DNA of 63,070 nucleotides, counting the filler, from Licmophora abbreviata (lineage: Eukaryota), in assembly GCA_900291995.1 (NCBI GenBank). It is 9 parts of 9 records of this genome, joined end to end, with 100 filler letters (N's around TTAATTAATTAA, not from the genome) between each part and the next. Parts side by side here need not be neighbours in the genome. Positions count along the whole stretch, not along the records: positions 1 to 21,893 come from OLMU01001409.1; positions 21,994 to 35,441 come from OLMU01001413.1; 7 more parts are not named here. One strand, written 5' to 3'. Within the stretch, counting starts at the first letter, position 1; the number at the start of each line of letters is the position of its first letter. Shown here piece by piece: positions 12,127 to 24,900 of the stretch. The notes beneath the pieces are model-generated. The model did not search any database. It was not told the origin of the DNA and saw only the letters and a list, made by a program, of their open reading frames with translations. The position numbers and the translations under genes were made by a program.

Positions 12127-15100
12127 CTACTGGGGAGGCGCCTTTGCTTCAGATTTTGCTTCCTCTTTCGCGGGACTCTCCTCAAACGATCTATCCAGGT
12201 CAGCATCGCGGCCTTCTTCCACATACTTCACTAGTTTGTTGGTGTCGACCCATCTTATGAACTCAGCCACCGTAAAGACGCCATCATTGTCGTCGTCCTG
12301 GAGAGCGAATTGCGAAACAAAGTTAGTACCTTTTTTAATAATGTGCGAGAAATAGGACAGGCACGGCAGTTTCAATAAGCTTACCATTTCTTCTGCAATC
12401 TCCATCGCTTCTTCAAAATTTAAATCTCTCTTCAAGACCTCCTGAAGGCAAACTGCCATCTCATCCTTCGTCATGATGCCATCCAGATCTTTATCAAGAA
12501 AATGAAGCTTTTCGCCTATCTTCAACTGTACATCCGTAAGCTGGTCCTCGATCTTGTCCACCATGGACTCAATTTTCGACTTGAGCCGAGAAATGGATTT
12601 GTCTAGTGTCTTGTTTCCACTTTCGATTTCTTCCTCGTTGAGTCCTTTCGCAGCGAGCGTCGCGTCTTCGACTGTTGGAGTTGTCAACACCTCTCCCAAA
12701 GAATGCTTAGTCCCATCGCGAGACTCACGTTCCACAGCCTCATCCATCTGCGATACGGTCTCCGCCGCATATCTATCAGCCTCGTCACTGTCCATTGGAG
12801 CCTCGATCTCCTGCTTCGAAGCCAAAGGCTCAATTGAGAGCTCTTCGATCGCAGAAGACGTTGTCTTATCTTTTTCGGCATCGACGACGACATCGGCAGC
12901 TTCCTCCGATTCGTCTTCCTTCATAGCAGCTTTAATCCGTTCCAGTTGTTCTCGCTCTGTGTTCACAGGGTCAGGAGATACCAGCTGGGACAGTGCTTCA
13001 AACTCCTGGGACGACAGCTCAATGTCCTCGTCGCGATGGCCATCAGATGGAGTGCTGGATTCAATATCGGATAGCTTGGGCGAATCTACAAACTTGTCTG
13101 CCCCCTCTTCCAACTCTATACCAGCAGGACTCTTACCGGTCGCCTTTGTTGGAGAAACCACGGCAGGCTCACCATCAATCGATGCTTCCAAAAGTTGGGC
13201 TTCAGACTCCGCTTTCTCCATTTCTTTTTCTTTCTCCTGATGCTCCTTCTTCAGCTTGGAGGACGCTTCTCTCGCCTCCTGTTCCTCGCGAATGCGTTCA
13301 TTCTGATGCTCGAGGACCTCGAGCCTTATTCTCATAACGTCCGGATTCGATTGCTTCTCTGCCTCCGTAGCCGCCTCTAATACAGCCTCATTGACGACAT
13401 CCTTATCGAGTCCCGAAATCGCATCGGCGAGTCCAGCCAAACTTTTACTTCCATCGTCCTCGGGGCTGACGGGCGCCGTCATTTCCTCTCGCAAGAAAAA
13501 TGTCCGACTCATGATAAGAAGCGAAATCGGAACATTCTTATCTACACTCAAGTCCAGCCATTGCTGCAACGCACGCTTGTATGCGTCCTTGCTCAATCCT
13601 GTCGAGCGCATACCGCGTTCTCGACATGCCTCGCGCAGCTCCATCTTCGTCAACGAGTTGATGCCTTCCCACAAAATCCGCTGATCATCTTCCTTCAGAG
13701 TACGGATCCGATACCGCAGCTGAAACCGCAAAAAACTATCGGCACCGTATGGAGGAATGTTCATGTACGTGCACATGTTGATGAGCTGCATCCGCGGCAT
13801 ATTGTCCAATGTCAAGTCGTCTTGAAAGTAATTTGCATATTGAATCACAACTTCGGGTGGGAGCATCTGACCGCTTTTCGCTTGTTCGAGGAATTCCAGC
13901 ATGGTGGTCGCACTCTCCTCTTGTTCCTTGGCCACCTCGCGCTTGTCATCGTCGTTCGCGTCTGCATTCTCCTGCTTGAGAGATTCGGCTTGCTTCTTTT
14001 GCTCCTTTACCAAATCCTGCAGTGTTCTGTGTAGCGATATAGAGAAGCGATGCATAAATAAGGAACAAATTCTGCTAGGAGAATGGAACAATACGTCAGC
14101 GTCACATAACTTACTCTTGAAAGAACTGAGCCATGGCAATTCGTGACTTGAGCTCACGCTTCATACTTTCTTCCTCCTTGAGCGAGTCCTGAAAGGTACT
14201 CGGCAGCATGTTGGGAAAGAGCCGAAGCGCAAATGGAAGTGCAAATTCCATAAAGGGAATAAGAACAAACATACTGAAAGGAACCAAACGAAAGAGGTCC
14301 GACGTGGTGCGAAGGAGTTGCTTCCGTTCGCGGCGCGTCAGGGATGAGCCTCGCAGCGTGCGAGTCAGCAACTTGTAGGCGGTCCTCACGTCAGCAACGA
14401 GCAACTGCGAACGTTAAGCAAGCATATAAACACGTGAGTGGATACATCCAGTGAAAGACTGTTGCCATCAGTTCGCTCTGCAATTGTTTCGATAGAGCAT
14501 GCGTACCTTGCTTCCCATCATGAAATGATGTGCTTCCTTTTTGGCTGCATCCTTGAGTTCAACGAGACGATTCCGAAACTCCCGGGGATGCGTGAGATAA
14601 AACCACATGGTTCCCGGGAGCTTGAGAATAAAACTAACAATGGCCTTGATGGCTGCGGTGGTCGTCGATACCACTAGATCTCTGGACCGTTCTAGCATTG
14701 ACTTTTTGCTCACATCCACAGGCGGCGGAGGCGATAAAAGCGATGGTGGAGCACTTTCGATCTTCATGGGCGGTTCAGCTTCTCTGGATGACGGCGGAGA
14801 CGAATCCGTTGGCTGGGTCGAGAAGAATGCTCTTTGGGTCGTGAAATGTTGCATCGTGTTCCGACACAGTTGGCGCGATTCAGGAGCCAACAGCGACCTT
14901 GTCATGGCGGACAAGTACAAGGGCCGATTACTTATCGGAAGCGACGTGGAATACACGTTGTGCGGTGGATTCGTATCTCGAGATGTAAAGGACATATCAG
15001 AGAGCGAGACTCGAGAGAGAGCAGCCATCCCGTCCGAAGAGGTGGCGACGAGGCTCTCCGCGTAAGCATGACTGAGAGTCAAGGGTCTCGTCATCTTCGC

Positions 15101-15358
15101 CGATGTCTTCCATCCTGCTCGAAGCTTCATATCCGAAACTATCGAGTTATGCGAAATCCTGCACATAAACCGATGATGGACTAGCTGGTGAGGATGCCTC
15201 TGTTCTTCGTGTCCTTGCGAGTTGCTGCCGGAAGTGGAAAAGACGGAAGACGACGAAAGAGCATCCCGAATCGTCGCAAATTTCGATCCGGGTTTCCGAT
15301 AACGCGCTCGTTTTCCTGCATCCGAAGCCCACTTTCTTCCCAGCGAAGAGGATAACAT
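12127..15358 (-). CDS. LETM1: LETM1/Mdm38 mitochondrial cation/H+ exchanger with C-terminal EF-hands; introns 14405-14506, 14027-14114, 12298-12384
   Basis: KKEAHHF.MGSKLL.ADVR, LTRRERKQLLRTTSDLFRLVPF, LPFALRLFPNMLPSTFQ, LTLDNMPR.QL..MC.YM, ELREACRERGM; EF loops DKDLDG and DDDNDG; three GT-AG introns keep the frame. Confidence 0.95.
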
Positions 15359-15811
15359 TCTATTTCAAAAGGAAGAAGGGTGAAAAGGAAAGCTCAAAGG
15401 CGTGATACGGACACAAACAAATTGATCGGCGCGCCATGGGCCAACACAGTCCCAAAGTTGTTGTGAGTTGTGAATGTTGCTTTGAGTTCGAAGTTCCCGC
15501 CCTCGCGAGCCGCGCACAAAAGAAGTTCAACGTCAGCGATCATCACATCCGGGTTTTCTCTCGGGTCAACGTTCAGTCGAATAAATCGACGAGATCACTT
15601 CCAATCTGTCCTTTTTGGGTCGAGATAGACTTTCGATTTTGCAATCATACCGGGTGTCTATTTTGTTACGAAAGAGCGAACGGAGTTGCCTAACGTCCCT
15701 ATTATCTTACCTGGCAGCTAGAACAACGAGGTCATCATACACAAAACTTCTTCATTCTTAGTAACAGTTAATGCACTGGGCCTTGCCCTTCCTACAAAAG
15801 AGTTGTCCTCT

Positions 15812-18800
15812 CTAAACAAGTGCCCTCATCCCGCCGCGGGGGTACCTACGCTCCGAGCCGCGCGCATAGTTATGCGGTCGACCTGTGGAGCGAGGACTTT
15901 CGAAGCGGGGATGCTGACGATTATCCATGTAGTGTTCGGGGTATTCCTGCTCATAGTCCGCCTCCAACTCGTCGTTGTACTGCCGATTATGGGGTGGATG
16001 ACCATAGTAAGCCTCGGGGGATTCGTCGTATGTCTCCCCAACCACGGGACCTTCATAATGGTATTGCAATTCATCCTCGTAACGAGCCCTAGAAGGGACT
16101 TGGTGGTGGCGAGGAGCAGTCGTTAAACCCCGGGATGGACTCTGGGCTCGCATCGGACTGTGACGGCCACTGCTTCGTCCGAGCGACCTTGATGACGTCG
16201 GAATGCGGTCGCCACTGCGATAGAGATCGGCACGACGCATCTCGTTGCTTCGGTGACGATCGCTACGACGGGGATCATCGCTGCGATAACCGTCGTTGCG
16301 AGGAACCCTGCGAGAGTTGCGAGGCGGTGCCCCACGATACCCAGAGGAAGCTCGCAATCCATAGCGCCGCATGTAGGCCTCCTCGTCCCGACGCTGCTCC
16401 TTGGACCGGCGCACCTCGGTATCAATCCAAGCCTCCTCCAAACTCAAGTCTTCATGAAGCTCCCTCCCACTGAGAGTGGAACGGCGGACTTTCGGTGGTG
16501 CCCTGGCCAGTGCGGTGGGAGCCGTCACATCACTGACTGCGTCGTCATCACGGCGCATACGAACAGACGACGGTGTTGCTCGCCCTCGGTGGTGGTTCCC
16601 TTTCCTCGCACGTCGCCTGTCTGCTCGACTCTTTCCCCTTCTCTTTTCTCCGCTCTTTGACTCCGATTGACTTTCCGTCGTCGTTAACCAAGCACGTTCC
16701 AACATGGCTCCGTCCGGCTCCTTCTTGTCGCGCTTACGGCGCCCTCGTTTCTTTGCCTGTCGATCGATCTCTCGATCCACTTCAACTTTGACCATGCGGA
16801 AGAAACGCTGAATGACGAGCGCCGCACGTCTCTCTCTGGTGAATGTGGAAACCTTCACCCACCACCTCTGAATGCGACGTGCTGAATTGTATTCCCGTGT
16901 AGCCACGACAGTGGACAAGACGACTAGTCTGTTGGTCTTGGCCTGCGAAGCGTCACGCTTCGCAAAATATCCTCGCGCGACGGCCTGCAAGAGGATAGAA
17001 CATCCAAGCTGAAGACGTGCCGAGCGCCTATCGCGATATCCTCTCCAGAGAGCCTGAACCTTGACGACCTCGTAGTGAAGAATCAGATAATGCGAGAAAC
17101 CCCAGAAGCCGCGCCAAGCGCTCTGTATGACGGTAGCACTCTTCTCAACTCGCATGGAACGGACTTTCTTAATCGCGAGCCACTTCCTTGCAGTACGCTG
17201 AGCGATTATGATGTCTGCCATTGAAAAGATGAACTCAGTGAATCCCTTGAAGCCTCGCCACGCAGCCTGAATTCTCGCCGCTGCATCATACTCGACAAAT
17301 TCAGGACCCTTCCCACCTCCAAATCGCATGAACCTAGCCATCTGGCGATTAGCCAGCCAGCGTCGGGCAAGCGTCTGGACTACAATGATGTCCACAACGT
17401 CGAACTGGTAATGCAGCTGCGTGTTGTAGCATCTCCACGCCGTCTGAATAGTCGTGGCGGCGAAGTCATTCCTCACGTACAGAAGATGAGGAAGTTCCTC
17501 TCGGGCAAGGGCGCCACGCATGACAGCCTGAATGCGAATGATCCTGTAGACCCTGTCGTAAGCGCGCATTGATGCGAGATGGCCACGCACCGTCCGCTGG
17601 ATCTGCACTGCACTCGTATGTGCGAGTCGAAATGCCTCACACCTCCATCTGCGAAAGTACGACTGTAGCTGCACTAGGGCCCACAAACGGTCGACAGCCT
17701 CGCGTTGCGCCAGGAAGCGACGAACTTCAGCCTGAATCGGAACTGCAGATTTGGAGAGAAGAAGACGACCTGCACGGTGGATTGGGTCCTTTGCGTCTTT
17801 GTCGTCGATGAAGAATGGCGACTCGGTCATCGGCTGGCTTGTCGCGGCCGGATTCTTCTTCCTGAGAGTCGGCTCAGCGTACGTCGCCTCTCCTTTCGCA
17901 ATAAGTGCTCTTCGTTTGCTAGCTTTCACGGCAAGTCCCACAAGAACCGAGGCACTATCAATCTTACGGTCCCCGCGCGGCATCGAAGAGAAACCTGCTT
18001 CTGGAGAAAAGTTTGGTGAGGTCTTCGTGGAAGGACTGACATTGTTGCGTTGAGCGCTTGGAGAAGCTGTCACAGCCCCGGTGTCGCGGGGCGGAGGCGG
18101 TGGAGGCGGCGCTTGCATCTGTAGAAGCATAGCATTGAATGACAGTTCTGGAGTCTGATTTTCTCGACTTGCCACTGCGTTCGGGCTGGAGAAACGTTGG
18201 CCGCCGATATCTGTTGGTTTGGTTTCATTGGCAGGTGGTGTCTCGACGCTGCTATCATCAAGCTGTCCAGCAGAGAAGACAGCGAAACTCATTTCCTCCG
18301 GCGCGTCGGGCGCAAAAAAGTTCGGCGAGCGGAATTGAGGGAATTCATTCGCTGTCCTCGAGTCCCACGATGCGTGATTCTTCTGATTGTTTTTCTTCAT
18401 CGTGGATGGTGCGGGTGGACTTTTCGGCATAAAGGAAGGGTCCGTCATTTCGCTGACACCGCCAGCGGACCATTCCCCAGACATGGTGTCGACATGACCC
18501 ATCCCAGGTAGGAAATCATCAGTTCCTGAGGAAGCCAATGCGTGATCGGGCTGATCTTCCACCTCCACATCTTCAAACCTCGGAGACGAGAAAGATTCAT
18601 TGATCTCATGATCAGCTATCTCCATAACTTGAAGTGACGCTGGCTTCGCTCCTCTCAACAACACTCCACCAGGCTCCAGAGCCTTTTGTGGCGGTGCCAT
18701 AGGAGGGCTTCGAGCCACAAGACCCGGCGGTTCTTGGGCAGGCACATGTGGTTCTTGTTTGACGACAATCTCCGCGGATCGCGTTGTGCTCATGTAGGAC

Positions 18801-19570
18801 TGGCCCGACTTGACGCTCTTCGGACGACCAACATGCTTGTCGGTGCGCTTGTTTTTCATCTTAGTAGAATCCTTGTCCTTCCGTCCTAAAATCTTCTGGA
18901 AGAAACCCTTCTTCCCTTTGGCTTTCCCATCTCCAACCGAACTCTTGCGGCTGCTGTTTGACTCCGACTTGATCGTTGAAGTCTTCTTCTTGCTTCCCGT
19001 CGACGGCGATCTCGCCGACTTGCTTGACCTGGAGGACAGAACTTTCGTAGGCTCGGAGATTTCCGTCATGAAGTTATCCAGACTAACGGGAGTAGACCCA
19101 TTCGGCGAACTGTTGCCACGGTGGAGAGTCGAATAATCCCAATTGTTTTCATCCTGGCCAGACGACACCCTCAAGTGCCCCCTAGGAGCAACATGTCGGT
19201 CTTCCTCATCCGAAGACTCGTCGGTAGCGACAGGATTCTCTTCCTTGTTGAATTCAGCGTTCGTGGGGTGATCCGCATTGTAAATGGCATATGCGGCGCG
19301 ACGACGCTCTTCCATAATCGCCTTGCTCTCGTATTTGCTCGACGGAGAGATGGTGTTATTTTTCGACGTGACACCTCCAAGCACACCGCTAGCACGGGGC
19401 GAATTCGTCGGGGGAGGTCCCATAGGCGGCGGTGGTGGGGCGCGGCCGTCCATCATGTACTTGGGAACGTGATGGCCATTGCGCGGCGACAGCGGGGGTG
19501 GAGGCGGCGGAGGCAGTCCCGCGTCTCTTCCATACGACATGGACTGGACTCCGAGTGGCTGGGGTACCAT
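15812..19570 (-). CDS. IQ-motif repeat calmodulin-binding protein (ASPM-like IQ array) with Pro/Ser-rich N- and Arg-rich C-terminal regions
   Basis: Twelve or more IQxxxRGxxxR-type motifs (IQAEVRRFLA, IQRTVRGHLA, IQAVMRGALAR, IQAAWRGF, VQALWRGYRDR, IQRFFR); single 1252-aa ORF; no CH or myosin motor domain seen. Confidence 0.8.
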   Translation of the reverse strand: MVPQPLGVQSMSYGRDAGLPPPPPPPLSPRNGHHVPKYMMDGRAPPPPPMGPPPTNSPRASGVLGGVTSKNNTISPSSKYESKAIMEERRRAAYAIYNADHPTNAEFNKEENPVATDESSDEEDRHVAPRGHLRVSSGQDENNWDYSTLHRGNSSPNGSTPVSLDNFMTEISEPTKVLSSRSSKSARSPSTGSKKKTSTIKSESNSSRKSSVGDGKAKGKKGFFQKILGRKDKDSTKMKNKRTDKHVGRPKSVKSGQSYMSTTRSAEIVVKQEPHVPAQEPPGLVARSPPMAPPQKALEPGGVLLRGAKPASLQVMEIADHEINESFSSPRFEDVEVEDQPDHALASSGTDDFLPGMGHVDTMSGEWSAGGVSEMTDPSFMPKSPPAPSTMKKNNQKNHASWDSRTANEFPQFRSPNFFAPDAPEEMSFAVFSAGQLDDSSVETPPANETKPTDIGGQRFSSPNAVASRENQTPELSFNAMLLQMQAPPPPPPPRDTGAVTASPSAQRNNVSPSTKTSPNFSPEAGFSSMPRGDRKIDSASVLVGLAVKASKRRALIAKGEATYAEPTLRKKNPAATSQPMTESPFFIDDKDAKDPIHRAGRLLLSKSAVPIQAEVRRFLAQREAVDRLWALVQLQSYFRRWRCEAFRLAHTSAVQIQRTVRGHLASMRAYDRVYRIIRIQAVMRGALAREELPHLLYVRNDFAATTIQTAWRCYNTQLHYQFDVVDIIVVQTLARRWLANRQMARFMRFGGGKGPEFVEYDAAARIQAAWRGFKGFTEFIFSMADIIIAQRTARKWLAIKKVRSMRVEKSATVIQSAWRGFWGFSHYLILHYEVVKVQALWRGYRDRRSARLQLGCSILLQAVARGYFAKRDASQAKTNRLVVLSTVVATREYNSARRIQRWWVKVSTFTRERRAALVIQRFFRMVKVEVDREIDRQAKKRGRRKRDKKEPDGAMLERAWLTTTESQSESKSGEKRRGKSRADRRRARKGNHHRGRATPSSVRMRRDDDAVSDVTAPTALARAPPKVRRSTLSGRELHEDLSLEEAWIDTEVRRSKEQRRDEEAYMRRYGLRASSGYRGAPPRNSRRVPRNDGYRSDDPRRSDRHRSNEMRRADLYRSGDRIPTSSRSLGRSSGRHSPMRAQSPSRGLTTAPRHHQVPSRARYEDELQYHYEGPVVGETYDESPEAYYGHPPHNRQYNDELEADYEQEYPEHYMDNRQHPRFESPRSTGRPHNYARGSERRYPRGGMRALV

Positions 19571-19884
19571 GGTGGATCAACGGTCTTTCAAATCCAAAGC
19601 TGGGGGTGGAAGGTACCGGGTAGTAAAAGCTCTCGCCAACGTCTTGACTGATGACGTCTCAAATTCAAGACCTGCTCGCCAATCACTACTTCAACGCCGC
19701 ACCAAGCTATTTCTCCCAAATCAATCTGCAATCAGGCAGACTTCCTTCACGATGCACTCGACAAAGTTGCTTTCTTGCAACAGCTGAAAGAAGAACTCTC
19801 GACTCTTCTGCAAGCAACGCAATAAAAGTGAAGTAACAAGTGACAAAAGTAGCGATGCAGGGAGTCTTGTTGAGGTCAGAGTTG

Positions 19885-19898
19885 TTTTGGCGCGAAAA
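19885..19898. promoter_or_regulatory. Double-stranded E2F-type site TTTTGGCGCGAAAA upstream of the IQ gene
   Basis: Matches TTTSSCGC on both strands, about 315 bp upstream of the ATG at 19570. Confidence 0.45.
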
Positions 19899-20552
19899 AT
19901 TTCAGCGAAATGCGATATTTTTAGAAAGAGTGAACTTGGTGAGCATTTATACCTATTCACTTTTGTATAGAAAATTTTGCATAAATATTGGTATACGCCA
20001 TTTAGATAGTATGCGAGATGAGTCTTGTATGATCGTGTGAGCTAGTTTTCACTCACTTTTTCGGCGAAGCGTGCCGGCGACGCAACGCGACAGACACCGC
20101 ACAGCATGCGTCACCTACGACGACAACAAAAAAGTAGTGACGAAAGACTGCTACAACTCAAATAAAAACCGTTTCGTGATACATACCATTAGACGATATG
20201 CGCATCAGGCACTAAAAGCCAGCTTGTACTTGACTTGGCTCAATCAGCCCAATTCAGATATGCTCATCCAGGCGCATCGGCCCCTCAACCATGAGTCAGA
20301 TTGAGTCATGATACTGTGCTCAGCAAAAATAGAGATAGAAAAATATATGCCAGGTACTCCGTAGTTCTCATCGTACAGATGACATAAAGAACGAGCTTAG
20401 GTATACCTGACATACTGCAGCTGGACTCGAAATGCGAAACGAAACCATTATGCTTTTCGTCAAAGTCGCGTCGTCTTGTTGAAGCAAAAGTTACAGCAAT
20501 ATGTAATTCGTACTAGTACAATATGTCACTACGGTAGTCCATCTAGGTTCGG

Positions 20553-21893
20553 TCACTCTTCAATGTCGTCAAGGGTACGTTTGTGCATATCGAGCTGATA
20601 TGCGATATCGTATGCCCAGCTAACCGTAACCTCGTTTAAGATACCATCGTAGTTGGGTTTGACCTCTGGCACAACAGTCCCAGCTTCAAGAAAGTCCTGA
20701 ATACAATTGCGGGTCTCATCCACATTTACATTCTCCGAGATGATGTACGCAAAGCTATCAACGAGGTGCTGAACACTAGCCTCGGTTACGCCAATGTTAT
20801 CCAAGAGAGGTTGAAGCTTCTGGTTGACTTTCATGAAAGGAAGAGCCTGTAACATGTTTGCATCCTTCAACAAGAAGGTGGCCACGTCTCGTTTGCCGTC
20901 TGCAGTTGTCAAGAAAGACGTCTTAAAGTCTTCGCTTGTTATCTTAGGGCTTTCCGTTTCGTCGGCAAACGTCCTAAGGAGGAGCAAGAACGCATCTTCA
21001 ACTGCATTCAGATAGTCTCGTGTGTGTTCCGGATCACGGCCATTCACATTCGGTGGAAGGAATGATATCACAATCGCCGTCAAGACACCAGTAACGGTCG
21101 CTACGATACGATTCAGAGTCAACCCATTCTTGTCTCCTGCTCCCTGATACGTTTCGAGTGCAATAAGAGCTTGCGTCATGGAAAAATACATCCCACGTAT
21201 CCATGATCGGCGTTCTTTCCGCCAAATGCCGCCAGGCCAGAGGGAAGAGTACAGAAGTACGCACAACCCATGGTGAAGACTGTCAACCAAGCGACCAGTC
21301 CGTAAGGGTTGATTTCGGCAGTGTTATCATACGAGCCACTGCAGACGATGATTCCGAGCCAAGCCGAGAATCCACCAAGACAGGTACCGATAATCCTCTG
21401 GATGCCTTTTTTCACGGTGCCTTCATGAGAGGGGCGGTATGCAAAGGCGTACCCGAAAAGCTCCCAGCCGCTGTAGACTAAGGCGAGAGCGGCGCAACAG
21501 ATAAAATGTGAGCACTGGTCACAGTCTTCGTAGAAAATGCTGAGAGCACACAGAATCGAGTACTCACCAGGACCGACGTAGGAGTCACGCGGGACGATCC
21601 GAAATGACGAGTAAGCATCCCAGTAGAGAGTCATGCTGATCAACCCAATGAAGCCTGCGGAGAGTTCTAGAGCCCACATTATAGGTTTCCAGTCCCATTT
21701 CTTCGGCTTGAGTACTGTCTTGAACACGGTAACAAGGCGAAGGGATGGCAAGAGTGGAATAGCAACGTACATCATCGCCTTCTTCAACACAAAGGACATC
21801 TTGTGTGTCCCTTCGACACCCGTGTTTAAAGTATGTAGATACGACAGGACAGATGCCTGAACCTTGAGCACATGCTGATAGATGTAGTTTGCC
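20553..21893 (-). CDS. ALMT/FUSC (aromatic acid exporter-like) multi-pass membrane protein, 5'-truncated by gap; intron 21478-21567; frameshift ~21193
   Basis: EGTVKKGIQRIIGTCLGG and LNRIVATVTGVLTAIVISFLPP are FUSC_2/ALMT-type motifs; several TM helices; adding one G gives DHGYVGMYFSMTQ and joins the two ORFs. Confidence 0.7.
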
Positions 21894-21993
21894 NNNNNNN
21901 NNNNNNNNNNNNNNNNNNNNNNNNNNNNNNNNNNNNNTTAATTAATTAANNNNNNNNNNNNNNNNNNNNNNNNNNNNNNNNNNNNNNNNNNNN
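21894..21993. other. Artificial contig linker N44-TTAATTAATTAA-N44 (also 35442-35541, 45439-45538, 46598-46697, 49008-49107, 55342-55441, 58143-58242, 61057-61156)
   Basis: Eight identical 100-bp spacers carrying a six-frame stop cassette; they cut genes mid-CDS. Confidence 0.97.
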
Positions 21994-21994
21994 G

Positions 21995-24900
21995 CTGGAT
22001 GGTGCAAGACTTGCCTTTCTCCAGGAGCACGTGGCACTCGTTTCATTGCGCCGCGGTCGGCTTTGCTTACTTCAGCGCGTCGGCGATACATGGAACATGA
22101 TCTTGTTGGGCCACACACTGGGCGCTGTAGGCCATGTGGCCAGTCTATTGGCACTACCATTTCCACATATCCCCAAAGGATTGTGGGCGTCGCTCGTCCA
22201 GGACAAGAGTGCATCCCCGCCTCCCGAGACGCTGTCGATGGGCATGATCTTTGCCGGTAGCCGACTGGGCGACTCGTCTCTTCTTGGTTATACTCTCGAA
22301 ACGGGAATAGCCCTTCTTGATGATGATATACTTGCAGGGATGAATGGCAAGAAGCCAAAGCTTGAAGATTTGGGCTCCAGCATCGTTAAGACTGAGGATG
22401 GTGAGCACGCCTCCAAAATCAGACATGTGCACGTGCTGATTCTCCAGAAAGAGGAAGATGCACTTTATGCTCCTACAGAAGGGGACGATACGGAGGCGAG
22501 CGCCATCGAAAAAGTACCGGACGTGATTCCGCCGAGCGAGGATGAAGACGAGGATATGGAAACACATGTTGGTACAAGGAAAAGACCTCGGCTAACGAAC
22601 ATTGCCACTGTCCGATCTTTGGTTGCGATGGACTCGCTGACCGGTCTCGGGCCAATTGGTCCCGGATGCGAAGGACCTCTCTCTCGACCTACTCTGCTTG
22701 GTCCATCAAAAGGATCTAGCTCCCAAGACGAAGTTCAGCCTATTGGGGGAACGGCGCAAATATTCCCCTGCGGCCTTGGATCAAGCGGTAGCTTAGCCCT
22801 TCTTACTGTGCCAGGGCGAGACGATCGAACGATTGTTGCGGAGGCGGACTGTTTAAATATGCAATGCTTGTTCAACCTGCCCAGGCTCGGCGTGATGCTT
22901 ATGGGCCGAGTCGATGCAGACGGAAGTCAAGGGACAACCGTGCTTCGCATCCACCGAGGCCTTCTCGAAACGCACGAGACCATAACGGGTGCTGACAGAG
23001 ACATCTCCGAAGTTGATTTGTCAGAGTGGTGTGATGGTAGAGAGACTTCTGAGAGCCGATTGGAAAATGCTTTCAACGTTCTCACTGGCGCTTCCCTCTT
23101 GGCTGCTGAGGAGCTGAGCGACGACTCCTTCGCTGTTCTCGTGCAGATGAGAGCAGACCCACAGAGCGATGAATTGGTCCATGCGATTGTCGTCCTTCGC
23201 GAGCAAGAGGGGAAGCTGTCGAGCGCTGGCAACCATGAGCTGATTGACCAAATGGGAAGTTCGATTGTCTCTGCAACCTCCATGCTCATCGAAGATCAGC
23301 AAGGCGGCAATGTCGTTTCGTTCGGATGTGCGTGGTCTTCGGGAAATGCCACGATTTCGACGGTTGGGCTTACGAAGACAAGCTTCAAGACAAGCTTAAT
23401 CACTGGCACAGGAGTTGAAGAGATGGATCTGGAGGAGGCAGAAGAGGACGAGGCTTCATACTATTCGAGCGAGCGCATCACCGCGATGGATTTGTTCATG
23501 GCATCACAGAATGCATTTTCTTCAAAAGTCTGTAAGGGCCTATCGGGCGCGGTCGCAAAGCCCACAACCTTATCTGAAACTGACGGAGACGACTTAATCG
23601 ATCTCAGCGACGAGGATGCTGAACTGTATCGTGAGGATGCAACCGATTCATTCACATCACTTGTCCCAAGTACGGGAGAAGACTCGAATGTTTTAGCGTC
23701 AAACCCCACCACGGCCTACGTCGCGGTGTGCCGTCAGTCCGGCGCTCTCCAAGTCTTCGAGCTCTCTGATTTCGCGAAGAAAGTACGAACGAAAAACAAG
23801 TTCCCTCGACCAGTCTGGGAAGCAATAAATTGTGGGCAGGGCGCGATGACTCTTAACCAGACGTCTTATGATTCACATGCGACTCGCCATCCACGCATGC
23901 ACAAGATGCATGCAAGCGAGATTCGCTTCTTCTCGGTGGGCCCATGCAACGGGGACGCCACCACAGCTACTGGCCGAACGTTCTGCCTTGCTGTTGAGAC
24001 GAATACTGGTGATTTTCATCTCTATGGGAACGGCCCTGCTGATAAGCAAGCGTTGGTCCGCATACCTCTTCGACTCGCCAGCAGGCCAAGTCAGGAACAA
24101 GCTCGGCACCAGGCGAAGTTACGCCGTAAACGGATTATTGGAAGTGCTAACGGTACTTTGGAAGGAGTCGATTTTCGACACAATCATCTGCACGCCTTCT
24201 CCGGAATTTCCGGACAGGATGGCCTCTTCGCTGGACTTACTCGCTCAGTGTGGATTGTTTCGGAACGCGGATTCGTCGTTGCGCTCGGACATCGGTCGCG
24301 ACACTGCGCTCCGGCCGGTGGTAGGCCACGGCCCGTTACGGGGTTTTGCGCAGCTCCCATGTCTCAAGCCCATAAGAAGACTGATGAGGAAAGCACGGGG
24401 TTCGTAACGTTACATGAGCGTATCGGAAGAGTTGGGAGTCAACGATTGACTTTTTTCCAAGGGTGAGTTTGCATCCTACGCCTCAGACGCCGCAGCTTTC
24501 CCTGCTCGACCGAAGCCTAACCACTTTATTTTCTCTCTATCGCAGGATAACGGGTGCTACTACGAACAACGGTTTCTTCCCTGGAGGAGGCTTATGTCTC
24601 GAGAAGGTCTCCCTCGGTGTGACAGTGCACCAGATCCAACTTGTTGATGATTCTTCTATTTCGTCAGGCGATCACCCGCTATACGCTGTTCTGGTGTCGC
24701 GCGAGCTAGAGTTGGATCAAAGTGGTCTGAACGAAGACGGTGTCACTCTGGAAGAACGCCAGCGCATGAGCGAAGAAAAGGATGCCGAACTCGTCAAGCG
24801 TCAAGTTGAAGCTGACCTGGGAGGATTTGATTTAGAGCAGGAGTGGGTTGAAGAGATTGAACGCGAGAACTGTTTCGAAATAGACGTGACACTCGGTGGA

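Noticed and set aside
15706..15717. CTTACCTGGCAG resembling the U1 snRNA 5' end
   Set aside because: No U1-70K loop, U1A loop or Sm site follows; it is simply the reverse complement of a donor-like sequence
21938..21949. TTAATTAATTAA repeated eight times as a possible biological repeat or piggyBac-like TTAA target
   Set aside because: Always centred between exactly 44 Ns on each side; an artificial six-frame-stop contig linker
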